Assembly: GCF_009834535.1 (NCBI RefSeq)
Contig: NC_045697.1
Coordinates: forward strand, 15,068,001 to 15,132,000
Source of the DNA: Camelus ferus
Taxonomy: Eukaryota
Reading direction: 5' to 3'
DNA: 64,000 bases
Below, piece by piece: positions 1 through 14,225 of this stretch. The notes under the pieces are model-generated. The model ran no database searches. It was given only the letters and a program-made list of their open reading frames with translations, and had not been told where the DNA came from. A program made the position numbers and the translations under genes. Numbering within the stretch: the first letter of the stretch is position 1; every line of letters begins with the position of its first letter.

Positions 1-69
1 ATGGAGGATCTAGATTAAAATTAAGGTATGGAAGATATTTCTAACTCTTCCTGAAGATTTTTTTTTTTC

Positions 70-455
70 CTTCCTGGACACATGGCTGGGCTACACTTCC
101 CAGCCTTCAGGCAGTTGGCTTTGGCTACGAAACTGAGTTCTAGCCAACGGTATACGAGTGAACACAGTAAGTGTCACTGTTGGGTCTCTCTGTGGTAACA
201 ATTTCCCACTTCTATTCCTCTGTAACCATTCCCTTTTCCAGAATGACTGGGAGATTAGACTCTTCCTGGACCAATTTGAGAGGCAAGTATTGAAGATGGC
301 AAAATCACATTATTTGCTTGAGTCCTAGAATAACCACGTGTTAGAGTGTTACCCTGCTGACATGAACACCTACTTTGATAATTAGGAGAGGGAGACATAA
401 ATCTCTTTGGGTAAACATAACAACAAGGAAGGCTCTGTTTACTACTAAAGATTAA
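70..455 (+). mobile_element. Old MaLR LTR (MLT1J/I-like)
   Basis: ctacacttcccagcc...actgagttctagccaa...gaagatggc...ataaatctctttgg resembles the MLT1J-group consensus. Confidence 0.55.
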
Positions 456-478
456 TTTACTTTAATGAGGCACTAGGT

Positions 479-987
479 CAGCATTTCTCACTCATTTTAG
501 TCACAGGAGCCCCTGACTCTGCCTTAAAAGTTATTGAGGACTTTAAAGAGCTTTTGTTTATGTGGGCTTTATCAGTTGACATTTAGTGTATTAAAATTTA
601 AACTGAGAATTTTAAAGGATACATATTAATTTCAAAATAATAATAATAAGCTTATTCTGTGTTCATGTAAGTATCTTTTTGAAAACGTAACTGTATTTTT
701 CAAAATTAAAAAAAATTGTGAGAAGAATGACATTGTTTCACATTTTTGCAACTAGTGTCTGGCTTAATGGAAGATAACTGGATTCTCGTACGCTTCTACA
801 TTTAATCTGTTATGATACCACATATCATGGAGCTTCTAGAGAAATGTGTGCACTCATTAATGAATGGAAATGAAAAGGGAAAATATCACTTGAGTGTTAC
901 TTTAAAAGTAGGTTTCACTTCTTGAACCACCTGAAAGCATCTCAGGGGGCTGCACGCCCCTCACTGATCACATTCTAAGATTCACTG
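479..987 (-). mobile_element. hAT-Charlie non-autonomous DNA transposon (MER119-like)
   Basis: Termini cagcatttctca...ttcactg. 8-bp hAT-type TSD cactaggt (471-478) / cactagat (988-995). Internal tctggcttaat..gaagataactggattctc motif. Confidence 0.75.
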
Positions 988-1131
988 CACTAGATTTCTG
1001 ATACTAGCATCTCCAATTTTATTCATTATGTATTACTCAACAATTTTATGAAAGCTACAGACACTTTTCTCCAAAAAAAGTGAGCACAAGCAAACACTTT
1101 ACACATAATTTTAATGGTTTCACAAACCCCA

Positions 1132-1495
1132 TGGACTATAGACTGAATGTTTGTGCCCTGCCCCCCATTCATGTCAAAACCTACTCCCCCAAAGTGATTG
1201 TATTTGGAGATTCAGTCTTTGGGAGATGATTAGGTCATGAGAGTAAAGCCCTTATGAATGGGATTAGTGCCCTCAAAAAAGAGACCATCAAGAGATTGCT
1301 TCACCTTCACCACTTGAGGATACAGCGAGAAGACAGGTTCCATGAACCTGGAAGGGCTCTCAGCCAGACATGAAACCTGTGAGTGCATCGATCTTGAATT
1401 TCCAGGCTCCAGGACTGTGAGAAATAAATTCCAGTTGTTTATAGGCCACTCAGTCTATGGTATTTTTATCCCAGCCGACCCAGTAGACTGAAACA
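1132..1495 (+). mobile_element. MaLR solo LTR (MLT1A-like)
   Basis: ctatagactgaatgtttgtg...gtatttggaga...actgtgagaaataaatt...cagtctatggtatttt...gactgaaaca. Confidence 0.8.
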
Positions 1496-3559
1496 TCACA
1501 AGCCTCATTCAATGGGAGTTAAAAACTTTCTCCAGGGCAGATGTCATATCTTTTCTACTTTGTATCTCCTACAATACTGAGAACCACACACATTATATGA
1601 TTGCAATAAATATACTCTAGAAACAGAAAATGTTAGACTAGAAGGATCTTTGGATACCACATTATTCAAATTCCTCATTTTTACCTTCAGATTGTGCAAA
1701 CCTGGGAAAGGTAAGTGACTCCCCTAAGGCCACCATGAACGTTGATACATAAACAACGTAGAAATAAAGATACAGTCTTCAGAGTTATCACTCATCATTT
1801 ATTCGGGTGAGAGTTATTTAAAAGCCTTGTGATATAAAGCTATGCCTTCAAAAAGATAAAAAAAGACAAATAGATTTTTAGAATTCTAGAACTTCAGGAG
1901 ACACAGAGGTGATCTACCTAAATTATCTCATTTGTAAGAAAAAGCTATAGGATCTCAGAGGGAGAAAATTACTTCTCTAAATTCACAAAGTGGTAAAGAC
2001 GTGGTTTACCAACTCTGAATCAAGTGTCATTACCACTATATCATACTACCTTTAAAGTAATGCACACCTTGTAATAAATTAATGATTTCCATTTTGAAGC
2101 ACATTGGTAAGAACAGCAACCAGTGTGCTATATCCAAAAATAAAAAGCAAAACTTCAGAATATACAATAGTCCAGGTTACAGATTTTATTCACTTTTATC
2201 CCGCTTCTCTAAAACCTTAGAAAGCTAAGGCTGAGAAAATTAGTAATCTAAAATTCCACCTTCTTTTGTCAAAGCAACATGACACACATATAAAGTTATT
2301 TTAAAATAAATTGTTCTGGCAAATGGGTACCTTGACCCAACAAGGAGGTCACAGAATCCAGTGCCTCTTCATACTTCATCAAAACTTACTCAAATCACTG
2401 TAATAGATTTTCCGCTCATAGGAAATGAGCAAATGAATGGCAGCATCTCCTCTAATGGCAATTCTCGACATTCTTATTAAAGTTCTGTGTTAAGTGCCCA
2501 GATACATTAAATCAATCCATTGTTTTCCATCCACACAGACAGCCCAGAGTTCTGGAAAAGAATGGAGGCTGAAAGGAAATCAATCACTGGACTGTGCTTC
2601 TTTTTAACACATTATGCTGTTGGTTAATTGGGTTTTAAAATAATCTGATATAAATTTGGACTTGAATTCCAAGTCCTTGAAAGAAGTATTGTCAAGAAAT
2701 GAGAAAGTAATATTTTCCTAAAACTATTACTTGAAAATCTTCAAAAAAATGACTTATCCATAAGGATTTAATATATGAGTATTTTTCCTACTTAAAAAGC
2801 TGTAAGGACCCAGAAAGCACTAGAAAGTGAAACATGTAGATTTTACTTAGACACCTGGTGTGGGGTCCACACTTTCTCCTGCTGAGCAGCAGACAATGAG
2901 ATGCAACACTAACATTCTCTTTGAAACTCTCCAGGGTCTGCTTAAGAGCTCCCTCCGTGCAGGTAGAAAGTTTACCTAAGAACCCCAAAAGGTGCATAAC
3001 CTCAGTCATGTCTTTAGAAAAGATCTTACTTTTTCTTCCAGCAGAAGCTGGATAGCAAAGAGAAAACTAATTTCTTCATGGCGGGCCAATAAGAAAATAT
3101 ATAATGGGGACCATTATACATGGGTCCAAAGCAAAAGCTACAAACTGTTTAACACAAAGCAATAGCAATCAAGATATTTGATAAAGTTGTGAATCCAGGC
3201 CAGTCACTGATTTATGACATCACTTTAGTACAAACACAATAATCAGTAACTATCTTTGTGTACCATACACAGTGACTGACACATGGGAAGCATCTAATAA
3301 GAGTTGCTGTCATTAGTATTTTGTTGTTGTCCCTGGGAGTGGCAGTAAGAGGGGGGCAAGCTTGTATGTATCAGTCAGCAACTAAATGTCAAACACATGG
3401 CAGTTTATACTAGTTTTAATCCTCCATAGTTTTCTAGGTTGGACATCCTTATTTTCATTTTAAAACTGAGGAAAAAGGTGTGAAAGAGTAAATACTTTGG
3501 GAAAGGTAACTCTGCTAGTAACTGCTAGAACTGAGATTCAAAAAGCATAAATAATTGCT

Positions 3560-3800
3560 CACATGGATTTGAGACATGACAAACACTGTGCTAAGCAGCT
3601 TACATGGACTGTGTCACTAAATATGCCCCGCAACTCTACAAAATAGGTCTTGATATTTTACTCACTTAAAAAATGATAAAACACAAATTTAGAGTTGTTT
3701 AGGAAGTTGCCTTATCACACAGATAGTAAATGGTTGAACAGTGATTCAAACCGTGACTCTCATGCCAGAATTCCAAGCTTGTTAACTACCATTCCACAGT
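3560..3800 (-). mobile_element. MIR SINE (further degraded MIRs at about 1630-1740, 1880-2040 and 3400-3545)
   Basis: cactgtgctaagcagctttacatgg...ttatcacacagatagtaaatgg...gattcaaacc core. Confidence 0.6.
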
Positions 3801-5684
3801 GTCTGTTCATTTTAATGCCCATATTCTTTCCTCTCCACCAATCAGGGGTTAAAACAAGACAGTGAAATTCACATTTTTCATTTTCTTCTCTTCATCCGAT
3901 TCAATTCCCCAAACAGTAAGGCAATATAACACACCAAGGCCTGTGAAGGTTCAAAAGATGCTAATGATAATTTAGCTGAACTAAGAGGTCCATTTCAATT
4001 GCCAAAGGAACTGCTGTCTAAAGAATAAACGTTTTATAGAGAGCAGAACTGCATTCGTCTTGATGGATACTTGTACAATAAATTTCCTAATCAGGATCAA
4101 ATTAAGACCAAGGATGTTCATCAGCAACCCAAGGGACAGTCAGCATGGAGTTAAAGGCAATTTAAAAGCAACTCTGCATGTGTTCTAGATTTGGGTCAGC
4201 TTCAGATGGCATTCAATGCACTGCCCAGGTTCAAAGATTTTTTTTTTTTCTGGCTGTAGCTGGTGCAAGCTGTTCTATTTTTTAGGCATCCTTTGGAAAT
4301 AAAAATCATGTAACCATGAAAAAGAGAGCAAGTGTGGTAACATCCCGCCATTTCTAATGTTTCCATATTCTTACTACACTAGTGAAAGCTCAACCTACAA
4401 GGCAAACTGCAACATGATCTTGGCAACCTCGTCTACAAATACAAGCATGGTTCCAGACAACTGACATTCCCTGGGCACCAGAGATTTCAATTTTCGCACT
4501 CTGTTTTTTTGGAAACTCCATTCTAGTTTGTTGTAATTGAGGTTTTGACAGACAAACAAATCTGCTGCAAGGAATGATGTACATTTCATAAAAACGTTCC
4601 ATCTAGACACACATCTACACATATTTTCTCTGCTCTAGCCTGGATGTCTGATTGTGTGAACACGTGAGACAGAGACACAGTTTAACTAGTCTTGAAAGAA
4701 GGATCCTCCAGGGAAACTCTTTTTGGCCCAACAAAAATAAGTCACTTGATAATGTAGCAAAGCAAGAGCTTATAGGGTATTCCAGGTGTGTTCTGATAAC
4801 CTTAAAAAAAAAAAACAACAGAAAAACCTAAACTCACTGATGTACTGGTTAATTGTGAGTGAAGAATTATCTTTAAGAAAAGGAAAAATAATTATATGGG
4901 ACTTGTTAGACCAGTAATATAAATTATTTTGCTGATTAATTTGGTTTAAAAATGATATAAATCTGGACATGAATTTAAAGTGCTTGATGGAACTACTGCC
5001 AAGAAATGAGGAAATAAGAAGACTTAGATGTTCAAGATTCTCCAGGGTATGAAATGATTGAATTCTTTCAACTGCATTTGCTCCGACTTCTCTACACTGC
5101 CAATCAAAGACGGCAGGAAATGCAATCCATTAGACTTAATCACATTAACTTCAAATCACATTTAACTGTTCAATTGAAGAAAACTACCAGCAAAACTAAT
5201 TACAGAGCTGCAAGACAGCAATGATAAAACTGAAGCACAACAATAGGACAGGAAACTCCTAAGAAATTGAGAATCAACAAATATATGTAATTGTCAGTGA
5301 AAAGAGTCAATCTGTGTCATTAAATAATGTTGAAGATAATTAATTACCTTCCCATCAAATGTTTTTACACTGTATCTCAAAACTCTAGAACTCTCCTTCA
5401 TAAACTAGCAGAACTTCAAACAATGAAATATCAATCTGACATGAATATCGATAAATCACAAATAAAATTCCTTGTTTCAAAGATAACATAACCAAATTTT
5501 AGGAAATTTTATAAGAAATTTGAGAATTCAATATACTTTGAAACACTGTGTGTCCTATTATATATAGATGGAAAGATGCCTGTCTCATTTCTTAGTTTGT
5601 GGGTTCTTTGAGGATTAAACAGAGCATTTTATTCAAATCTGGGGATTTTGCCAGTTGCTGAGTATGCCTATGCCAATTATATAT

Positions 5685-6660
5685 TCTGGACCCGGGGAAA
5701 TAAGCACAAGATGGGTTCCAGGGCCAACTGGACCCACTGTGAGATGGACCTCAGTGAGAACTGCATTCATCACAAGCCCCTCTTCTGACTGGTGGACCAC
5801 AGAGACATTTTGGGTCTCCCAGAACTAGTTTCAGCTCTTAGCCAGCAGCCAGTAATCCCTGAAAGATTGCTTCCTTTCCCCACTGCATAGTCACCCTGGT
5901 AAAAGGCCACAGGCCACTATGGGAAAGGATGGGAGAAAGATCAACAGCTTACATTTTGGGTAGCACCCCTGAGTGCTTTCTCAAGAGGACCCAGTCTCCC
6001 CTTCATTCAAGGGGTTCTGAGTCTGTAAACTGGCTCAAGTCTGGGAGTTGATGGAGGGGCCATGACTCTGTTATGGTTCAGGTTAGACTCTTGTTCACTT
6101 GTCCTAGAACTCTTCCACTTATAGAGATCAAGTAAGAATTTAGTAGGCTTCCCACCTTCTAACTTGTACGTACACCGAGATCAGTTAGCCAATGCCGTAT
6201 GGATCTGTGTGAGTCTGACTATGCCGATTGCTGCTTTGACTCCAATTGCCATTACGCTACCCATACCCTGCCTTGCGCCACTGAGTGCTACCATTTGCCT
6301 CTATCACTCTGGGATCCAGTTACACCCGCTGGATTGTGGTTTCCCAATTCAGTGGCAGAAGTTCCCGTTGTTTTCTATCCCACAGAGAAAAGTGGTCAGA
6401 GAGCTCTACAAGGCTGTTGGTGCTCCCCTCACAAATTAATTCTCACAGGCATGGTGAAAGCTGTGTCCTCTGCACCCTCCTGGGATGCGTGCACAGACCT
6501 CGCTTATAAATCCACTTTAACATTTCTACCTTCCTGAACCTTTGAATCCCCTCCTCCATAATATATCAGAGCAGGCCCAGCATTTTAAGTTAATTCATTG
6601 TGGCCACTTTTTGATCCATGTTTTAATCACCCAACCAAACAGAGCTCTTTCTAATTCCCT
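5685..6660 (-). mobile_element. ERV-L internal fragment (gag end and protease), degraded
   Basis: The reverse complement contains ccagacttgagccagtttacagactcagaaccccttgaaTGAagggg (ERV-L gag/pro junction, TGA at 6003-6005) and a degenerate protease region near 5840-5860. Confidence 0.75.
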
Positions 6661-7050
6661 GAACTGCCTAGGGAGCCTTTTTGCATTATGGAGGTAGCGT
6701 AGTCCTGCTTTGTGTGTGTTACTCTGGCTCATTTACTGAACGACCTGCTAGTTCTGACTGGGGCCCAGAGCAAGAGAAGGTTTTACAATAGGTCCAGGCA
6801 TACGCATAAGCTGCTCTGCCACTAGGGCTATATGACCCAGCAGATTCAGTGGTGCATAAAGTGTCATTGCAGACAGGGATGCTGCCTGGAGCTTTTGGCA
6901 GGACCTATAGGTGAGCTGTAGCACAGGCCCTTAGGATTTTGGAGCAGAGTCAGCTCTCCTCCACAGATAATGCCTCTTCTTTGGATAAACAGCCTTTGGC
7001 TTATTACTGGGCCTTAATAGAGACTGAACGCTTAAGCAGAGCCCACCAGG
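6661..7050 (+). mobile_element. ERV-L pol fragment (RT connection/RNase H), opposite orientation to the adjacent gag
   Basis: tggggcccagagcaagagaagg...gctgctctgccactagggctatatgacccagcagat...cccttaggattttggagca...ttactgggccttaatagagactgaacgctt. Confidence 0.75.
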
Positions 7051-7519
7051 GTTGTTTTAGTAGATTTAATAATCTATCTGGGTGTTAGGGTGTTGTTCTT
7101 TTGGTTTTGTTTTGTTTTGTTTTGTTTTTATTTTTTGGTTTTTAAAATGGAATGATAATCTGCAGTTTGTGAAATATTTTTTTTTGATTTCTGAACTCTC
7201 TGCGATTCATTATATTTTCCTTAAACATCTAAAGATTCTACTAGGAATAAGAATACAATGACCAGATATAAATTGGTTGAGACAATTCATTTTGCTAAGT
7301 ACCTCAATTTGTAATTATTTACTAATAGCTTCCTGAGGCCGTGGACTCAGAGAATATTTGAGTTAAATATTAAAGTTTTCCTGGAGTATCAGAGGTAATT
7401 TTCATTGAATGTTACTATATGCCAGACATTATATTAATATTACCTTCTTTAACCACCAAAAACAATCCTTAAAGTCATAATAATTAATAATTATTAAATA
7501 ATCTTTTGCATGATAAGCA

Positions 7520-7750
7520 TGCATATGATATTTACAATAAGCCAGGCAGTTTTCTAAGTATATTAAAAATACCAATAAATTTAATCTTCAAGATAGCCAT
7601 ATGAGGTTATAGCATTATTGCCCCCATCTTGGAGATAAAGAGACAAAGAGGTTAAATAAACTGCCTAAGTCACATACACTTATTAAGCAGTAGAACTGAA
7701 ATTCAAACCAGAGACTAGTTCTCAATCCTGTGGCTTTAACCATTGTATTA
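7520..7750 (-). mobile_element. MIR SINE
   Basis: ttaatcttcaag...atgaggt...cccccatctt...agaggttaaataaactgcctaagtcac...attcaaacca. Confidence 0.65.
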
Positions 7751-10700
7751 GCTTGTTAATAAAGTTTCCTAATTAGGCATACACCATATTATCCTCATTT
7801 AAGTCATGAAATTTTGGCCATCAAATTCACTTAGTACCTTGCCAAAGTCATATGGATTCTGAAAAGTCGAGGCCAAACTCATACCCAGAACAGCCTGGTA
7901 CCAAAACCTATGATTTTTACCAGCGTACAACACTACCTGCTATTCTAAAGGCAAAAAACAAACAACCACCTGAAAAAAAAAAAAATGGAGTTCTGAGGAT
8001 ACTAGTGCACTTTGTTCTTGTTACAAAACCCCTGAAATGCTGTTGTGTCCACAGGAAGGCTAGCTGGAATCAAAACAGAGCCCAACAGCTCCCAGGATGG
8101 GATCAGCAGACCTATTCTGGCTGTGCTCTTCTGTGAGACAGATTCCAGTCTGAGAACTTAAATCTGCCCTTTTACCCCATGCTGTTCTCAACTCCAGAAC
8201 AAACGCCCAAGCCTGTCCGTTACAATTTCACTTCTGCCTGGGATGATCCGTTCAGTTGGGACTTATGTGCGCCAACATGCCTTCTTCAAAAACAGAGACT
8301 GCCTCCTCCTGCCATGGGTAGTAAAGATCACAGCTACGAATTACTTTGCCACTGAGTGCTAAGAACAGAAGACTCCACAGTTAGAGGATTAATTCAGATA
8401 ATTTGGTCACACATTTTGCATGAAAACCCTTCTTCTGTGGCTTTGCAGTCCATGTCCACATTACTTCAAATGCCCTTTCTTAATCACTATCTGTTGCAAC
8501 ATCATTCAATCTCTAAGAATTTGCCATATCTCACTTCACTCCATGAAGCCTTTTCTCATTCTTGTAGCCTTATAAAATAACCTTGTTTGAATTCTAGTAA
8601 GCAGTGTGCATTTCATGTGCTTTGTCACCCTAATCTACTGTTTTCCTTGATTTCTCCATCAAGGTGGTAATCTATTACAGAGTAAAGACCACGTTGTAAT
8701 CCCCTAATGGGACTTGTGCATAATAGACTCCAAAGACACAGTAGACTCTAAAATACTACCCATACTGAACTGAACTCCAGTCTGATGAGCTGCTAATCCA
8801 GTTCCAACTGCCCAGAATAGCATCCTACCCAATCACATTTCTTCCCTGCTCTCTTATTAAACGTGCCCTCCTACTCCAGCTAAGTCCATCTCTTCTAAAG
8901 TCCTGTCCATCTCATTAATGAGTGGATGTTGCTGCGCTGCTTGGCATAAGTAAGAAGGAAGAAGAAACACTTAGTAGATCTGTAGCATTATTAGAGTAGA
9001 GGTATTGAATCCCTACGTTGAATACTGCAGGAATAATCCACAAACAGAACTTTAGATTTCCAATTAGATGTTCTTTTTTCTTCTGACACTACTTTAATAA
9101 AATAGTTCTTAAATGTTTTTGTACTAACATTTTCAATTTAATAGCCGTTGAAGAACCCAGGTATGCAGCCCTGTCCTAGCAACACAGTAAATGCAAGAGC
9201 AGAGGACGTGGTGATAGGATATGGGACATAATCTCCATTGCCCACACGCGGCCCCACTCGCTCTCTTTTTGTATGGTACTCCCTCCACCACTATATATAA
9301 GGTTACCTACCACAAGCCACTGATTATAATTGTGATAAATCAATCATCATTCTATTACCCATTTCATTAAACGTAAACAACTTTATTCTCTCACTAATCA
9401 GCAAATTTGGGAAACATTCTTCAAAAGGCACAACCTCACATGAGATGGTCAAGGTTAAATTTGCAATTTTATTTTCCCCCCAACTTCTTCTTCCCACTCT
9501 TCTTTGTTTAGAGTCAAAAGTACTAACAAGTTTTGAGGAAAATAAAACAAAAAAAATGAAAAGAAGAGTGATTTACAGATGCTCCAGAAATGTACAGTAT
9601 ATTCTAAAACATAAATTAAATTTTGCTTTTTAAAAATATACATCTAATATTAACTCTTTCAATTTATTTCTAAGGTGCTATTAGAATTAGTTTATACCTT
9701 AATCATATCCTAGTTTTAACGATCATACCATATTTACTAATCTCCTGGAAAGCACAATACACACATACACACATACTTCTCTTTGAAGAATACTAACACA
9801 TGCAAATGTTTCCAGAATTCTCCAGGAAAACAGCTTCCCATAATTTTTTCCCATAAGAATAAAATGTTCATAACTATTTTTTTTTAAATTTCCATATGTT
9901 TTTCCTATCCTTCTCCAAATATGAGGCCCACACGTGAGCCTGATTTGGGTGGGGTGGTGGGGTAAGTAAGGGTGGGCACTTCCCATAGACCTTTACTCTG
10001 TACCTGCCTGAGACCATAATCCTCATTTCAGTCTATTTCCTCAAAAAGATTAGTCTTACAAATTACTATCATGAAGTGGACAGTTAACTGAAAAACTTAT
10101 GAAGAAAATTAATTCGACATTACATACCACAGAAAAGAACAATTAGTCAAATTCCTCTTTAAGATCTCAGTTCTAGTGATCAGTGTCCCCATCTTCCTGT
10201 TGGTCCTTCGTCTCCCTGTTAGTCCCCATCTTCCCCTGCACATAGACTAAAAAGCTCTCTATTGTTCTCAGCATTTGCGCGCTGGCCCTCAGTTGTGTAC
10301 CCCACTCAGCCATACCCGGGCTAACAGAAAAGTGTCATCTCTGTTCCTCAGGCCTCTCCCTCGGCTGATATCCTGCCACACCAATAACTACTTTCAAACA
10401 ACAGCTGAATACATTGATCTCCTTATCCCCCATCCTTGAAAAATCCCTGAAAATTGAAGACTACTATATAAAAATATATTCCAAGTGATTAATTCTTCAA
10501 GCCATTCCATTAGGCTGCAATGCCACAGTTTTTGTATGCACCTCACGTCCTAATTTATTATCCAAAATGAGAATGTAAACATGTAGAGAGGTGGTTAGAA
10601 CTTGTATTGAACATGCTACAGATTCTGAGGCTATGTGAGGTGCTTTAGAAAGTGTTTAGCAAGTTTTCTACTTTGTAAATCATAGGGGAGATGCTGTTTA

Positions 10701-12800
10701 CAGACATGGTTACACCCTACCTGAAGTGGAAGGGGCTACCAGGCACACCTCCATATTTCCAGGTTCTGAAATACAAATGTGTCAAGCTTATCGTTCATGT
10801 CAATTTCAGCGATTAGAGACAGATTCAACAGAAAATAAAAACTGGCTGAAAATCATTTGCCAACATTTCAGTTTACACATAGACCATTTCAAGAGAAAAT
10901 CATGGTAATCATGAACTGTCCTAACTCTGCAGCAGCAAACTAAGGCCGCCTAGAGGAGGGGATTCTGCGTATTTATCACATTTATTTTCCATGTACGTCA
11001 GCAAAGACAGGCCCTGGGATGTCACAGAAAGTCAAATATTTACTCATTTGATTATGATGTGATTTCAGATTCCCTTGCGTTTGCTCAATGACATGTATTT
11101 CCTTCCTCCTGATTAAACACTTTATGAAATGCTACTTTAGTTGTAATTAATATACTCTAGCTTTTGTTCAATATTGACTCAGTAATGGCTTAACATTCTC
11201 AATCAATGTAGATGGACAATAAAGAAGAGCAGGAGGTTAAGTCCCTCTGGCTTTATGGCTTAGATTTAAGGGTGAAACACTTTTTGCTTCTAAGTGATCA
11301 GATATCATAACTCACATTTATTTCTGATTGGCAGTCAGGTATATTGGAGAAATAATCGTCAAACTGTATTGGAATGACTTGGAGGAAAAGCATCAGAGAG
11401 GAAGGATCATGCAAAGAATATTAGTACCTGAGCCATGCACACAGAACTAATTTCTTATCATCATTCTCACAGTCATGTGAGTGATAAGGAGTCCGTACCT
11501 AGAATTCTCATCAACAGAGCCATGACTTCATTGAAACTGACATTCAATAAAAATACGCTAAGTGCCTACAAACATTCAACATATAATGCTATTTAGTGAA
11601 GATTCAAGAAAGAGATAAAAATCAGAAAGAAATATAACAAAGTATGACAACTACAATGTAAGTATGTTCAAAGTTAGCATCTCTCTCTGTGATAAAGAAA
11701 CCATGGAAAGAATGGGATGTCCTATAAGCTCATCAGTTCCCCCACATTCAGGATGTTTTCAAGCATATTCTATAGGACTGTTTCCTTAATTTTAGGGTAA
11801 AAAGGAGTTCCTATGCTGTGTAGGCCTTAACAAGTCCCTTCAAGGCTAAGAATTTCTGATCACCCATTGGCTATTTATGTCTTGTTCCTTTGATCCTTTT
11901 CACAGCACCTTTTGCAAATGCCTATGTTTTTCTGTAAGTAAGATAAAGAATAGCCCTTCTTATTTGTACCCTTGTGACATTTTTCTCCAACTGCACTTTG
12001 TGAATTTTTATACCACTCTGAACTATAGAGCTGAATCAATTGTGGAAAATGTGCTGAATGTCCATCCATACAGGGAAACAAGATTAATGACCTCTAAATG
12101 TGAATGGGCAAAAGCAATTTACAAGAGTGAGTGAGGGTCATATTTTATTGCAGGCAGGTGCCTTATTCCAAGTTTGCAAACAGTTACCAAAAATGCACAC
12201 AACCACAAGTCTTTAGCCTTTCCATCCCCATACAGAACCATTGTGTGTTCCAGACAAATGATGCCTACCATGTTTTAACCCTGAACTCAATCTTCGTATG
12301 TTAATGAAGACTAAAATAGATTGCTAGAGTACTGGACTTGCAGCAGAAACCAACAGAAAAAGCATTTTCTGTCCTAACCCACTCCCCGGGTCTGTACTTC
12401 ACCCAGCAAGAAAAAGAGCATCAGTTTGTGTTGCTCACTGTGTAGAACAGCCCTCAGCGCATGGTCTAACCAATTTTGCATTTAAAAAATTTTCCTTCAC
12501 CTTTGACTTTGTCATTGCTCCACTGAACTGTGACTTTTAATCAGTGTATCATATGGTGTTTAGTTTTTATCTTTTGGTAGTCATAGTAGGGGGTTTTAAA
12601 AGGTATGTGATATGGGAAAACACTGGTAAAATCTTTCTAGTACACAGTAGGATAACAAAAATAAAAATATTTACCATTTGGGCCCTTATTTCTCACATTG
12701 ATGGTAATGTGTCTAGTATGAACGACCTGGGCGAGTTACTCTACTTGTGCACAGCTGCAGTCAGGGCAGAAGAGTTAAACATCTGAAACCAAGGTCAGGG

Positions 12801-13410
12801 TGTACTAGCTACCTTTTGCTGCGTAACAAATTATGTAAACCTTAGTAGCTTAAAAAAACATGAATTTGTTATCTCTCCATCTCCGTGGGTCAGGGGTCCA
12901 GGCACAGAATAACTGAGTTCTCTGCTAATTGTCTCACAGGGCCAAAATCATAGTGTCAGCCAGACTGTCTTCCCATCTGTAGGCTGAGGTCCTTATGTAA
13001 GCTCAGGCAGTTGTAGCAGAACTGGATTCCTTGCATACTGAGGTCTCTATTTCATTGCTGGCTGTCAGCATGGGGCCACTCTCAGCAACGTGAAGCCATC
13101 CATGGTTCCTTGCCATGTGCCCCGTCCATCTTTAAAGCCAGCAATGAAGAATCTCCCTTCTGTTGATTTGCTCTCACATTTGAATCTCTGTGGCCAGAAA
13201 GAGCTTTGATCTTTAAAGGTTAGCTCAATTAGGTCAAGTCCACCAAACCTAATTTTTCTTAAAGGTAACTGTGCCAAATAACAAAACCTAATTATGAGAC
13301 TGATATTGTGATACCATATCTTGAGCACAGGTTGCTCTCACAATCAAGGGGAGGATATTATATGAGGGTGTGGGTCTTTGGGGAGGTCATCTTAGAATTA
13401 TGTCTACTAC
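12801..13410 (-). mobile_element. MaLR LTR (MLT1E/F-like)
   Basis: tgtactagctacc..ttgctgcgtaacaaatta...cttagtagcttaaa...gtgggtcagggg...catcttagaattatgtctactac. Confidence 0.75.
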
Positions 13411-13842
13411 GTAAGGCATTGAAGGGAGCATCAAGAAACTAAGGCATGAGCCAAGGCAAGTAAGCTGTTATCTCCAGGAGGGCTGTCCAGAAAAGGCAGG
13501 GAGAGAGCATCTCTGGAAATATGAATATTCCCATGACTGAAGACAGGATCTGAGCTAAAAGTCAGGGTTAAAACAAGATATTTTGACCAAGGAATGACAT
13601 GGTTAAAAAAAAGTGTTCAATCTCATTACAGAGAAATGTTAATATTTGTAATTTAACATTCCCTAAATGAAAAGATTCCAGTATGTGTCCATCTGTGCAA
13701 CTGGGTGAACAACCTAAAGCCTGACAATCATGGGTATGGCCAACGTATGAATGCTGAATGAGTCCGAGGTTCAACACCATCAGCAGTATCTAAAGGAATT
13801 TTGGATCTTTTTTCTTGCAAAACCAAAACAAAGCACAGCAAT

Positions 13843-13889
<47 letters not shown>
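13843..13889. repeat. (AAC)n microsatellite, about 15 units
   Basis: Perfect trinucleotide run. Confidence 0.95.
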
Positions 13890-13934
13890 ATAGGCAAATG
13901 GAGCATCCTCAGTGCCCTCACCATAGATTGTAAA

Positions 13935-14225
13935 TTAAAAGGACTCCGGTTGCAGACTACCTGGGTTTGAATCCCAGCTCTCTAGCTTACTAGCTATATG
14001 ACCTTGGGAAAGCTATTCAACTTCATTTGCCACACATGACTTTGACTGTAAATAGAAGGATAAGAACATATCAGGTTGATGTGAGATATCCAAATGTATA
14101 TATACATACATAATTTCTATCTATTATGTTTTGCATGTATTTATATATGTATGTGAGATTATATATACACAAATATTTTAAATGCCTGGCTTCGTTAACA
14201 TGTAAAAAAAATCGGTCATTATTAC
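13935..14225 (+). mobile_element. MIR SINE
   Basis: cagactacctgggtttgaatcccagctc...ttactagctatatgaccttgggaaag. Confidence 0.75.

Noticed and set aside
3100..3118. Hairpin TATAATGG-GGA-CCATTATA
   Set aside because: An 8-bp AT-rich stem is expected by chance and is too short for a pre-miRNA.
6164..6537. Overlapping plus-strand ORFs
   Set aside because: They are antisense to the degraded ERV-L gag. The gag/pro itself is disrupted, so there is no sign of a domesticated gene.
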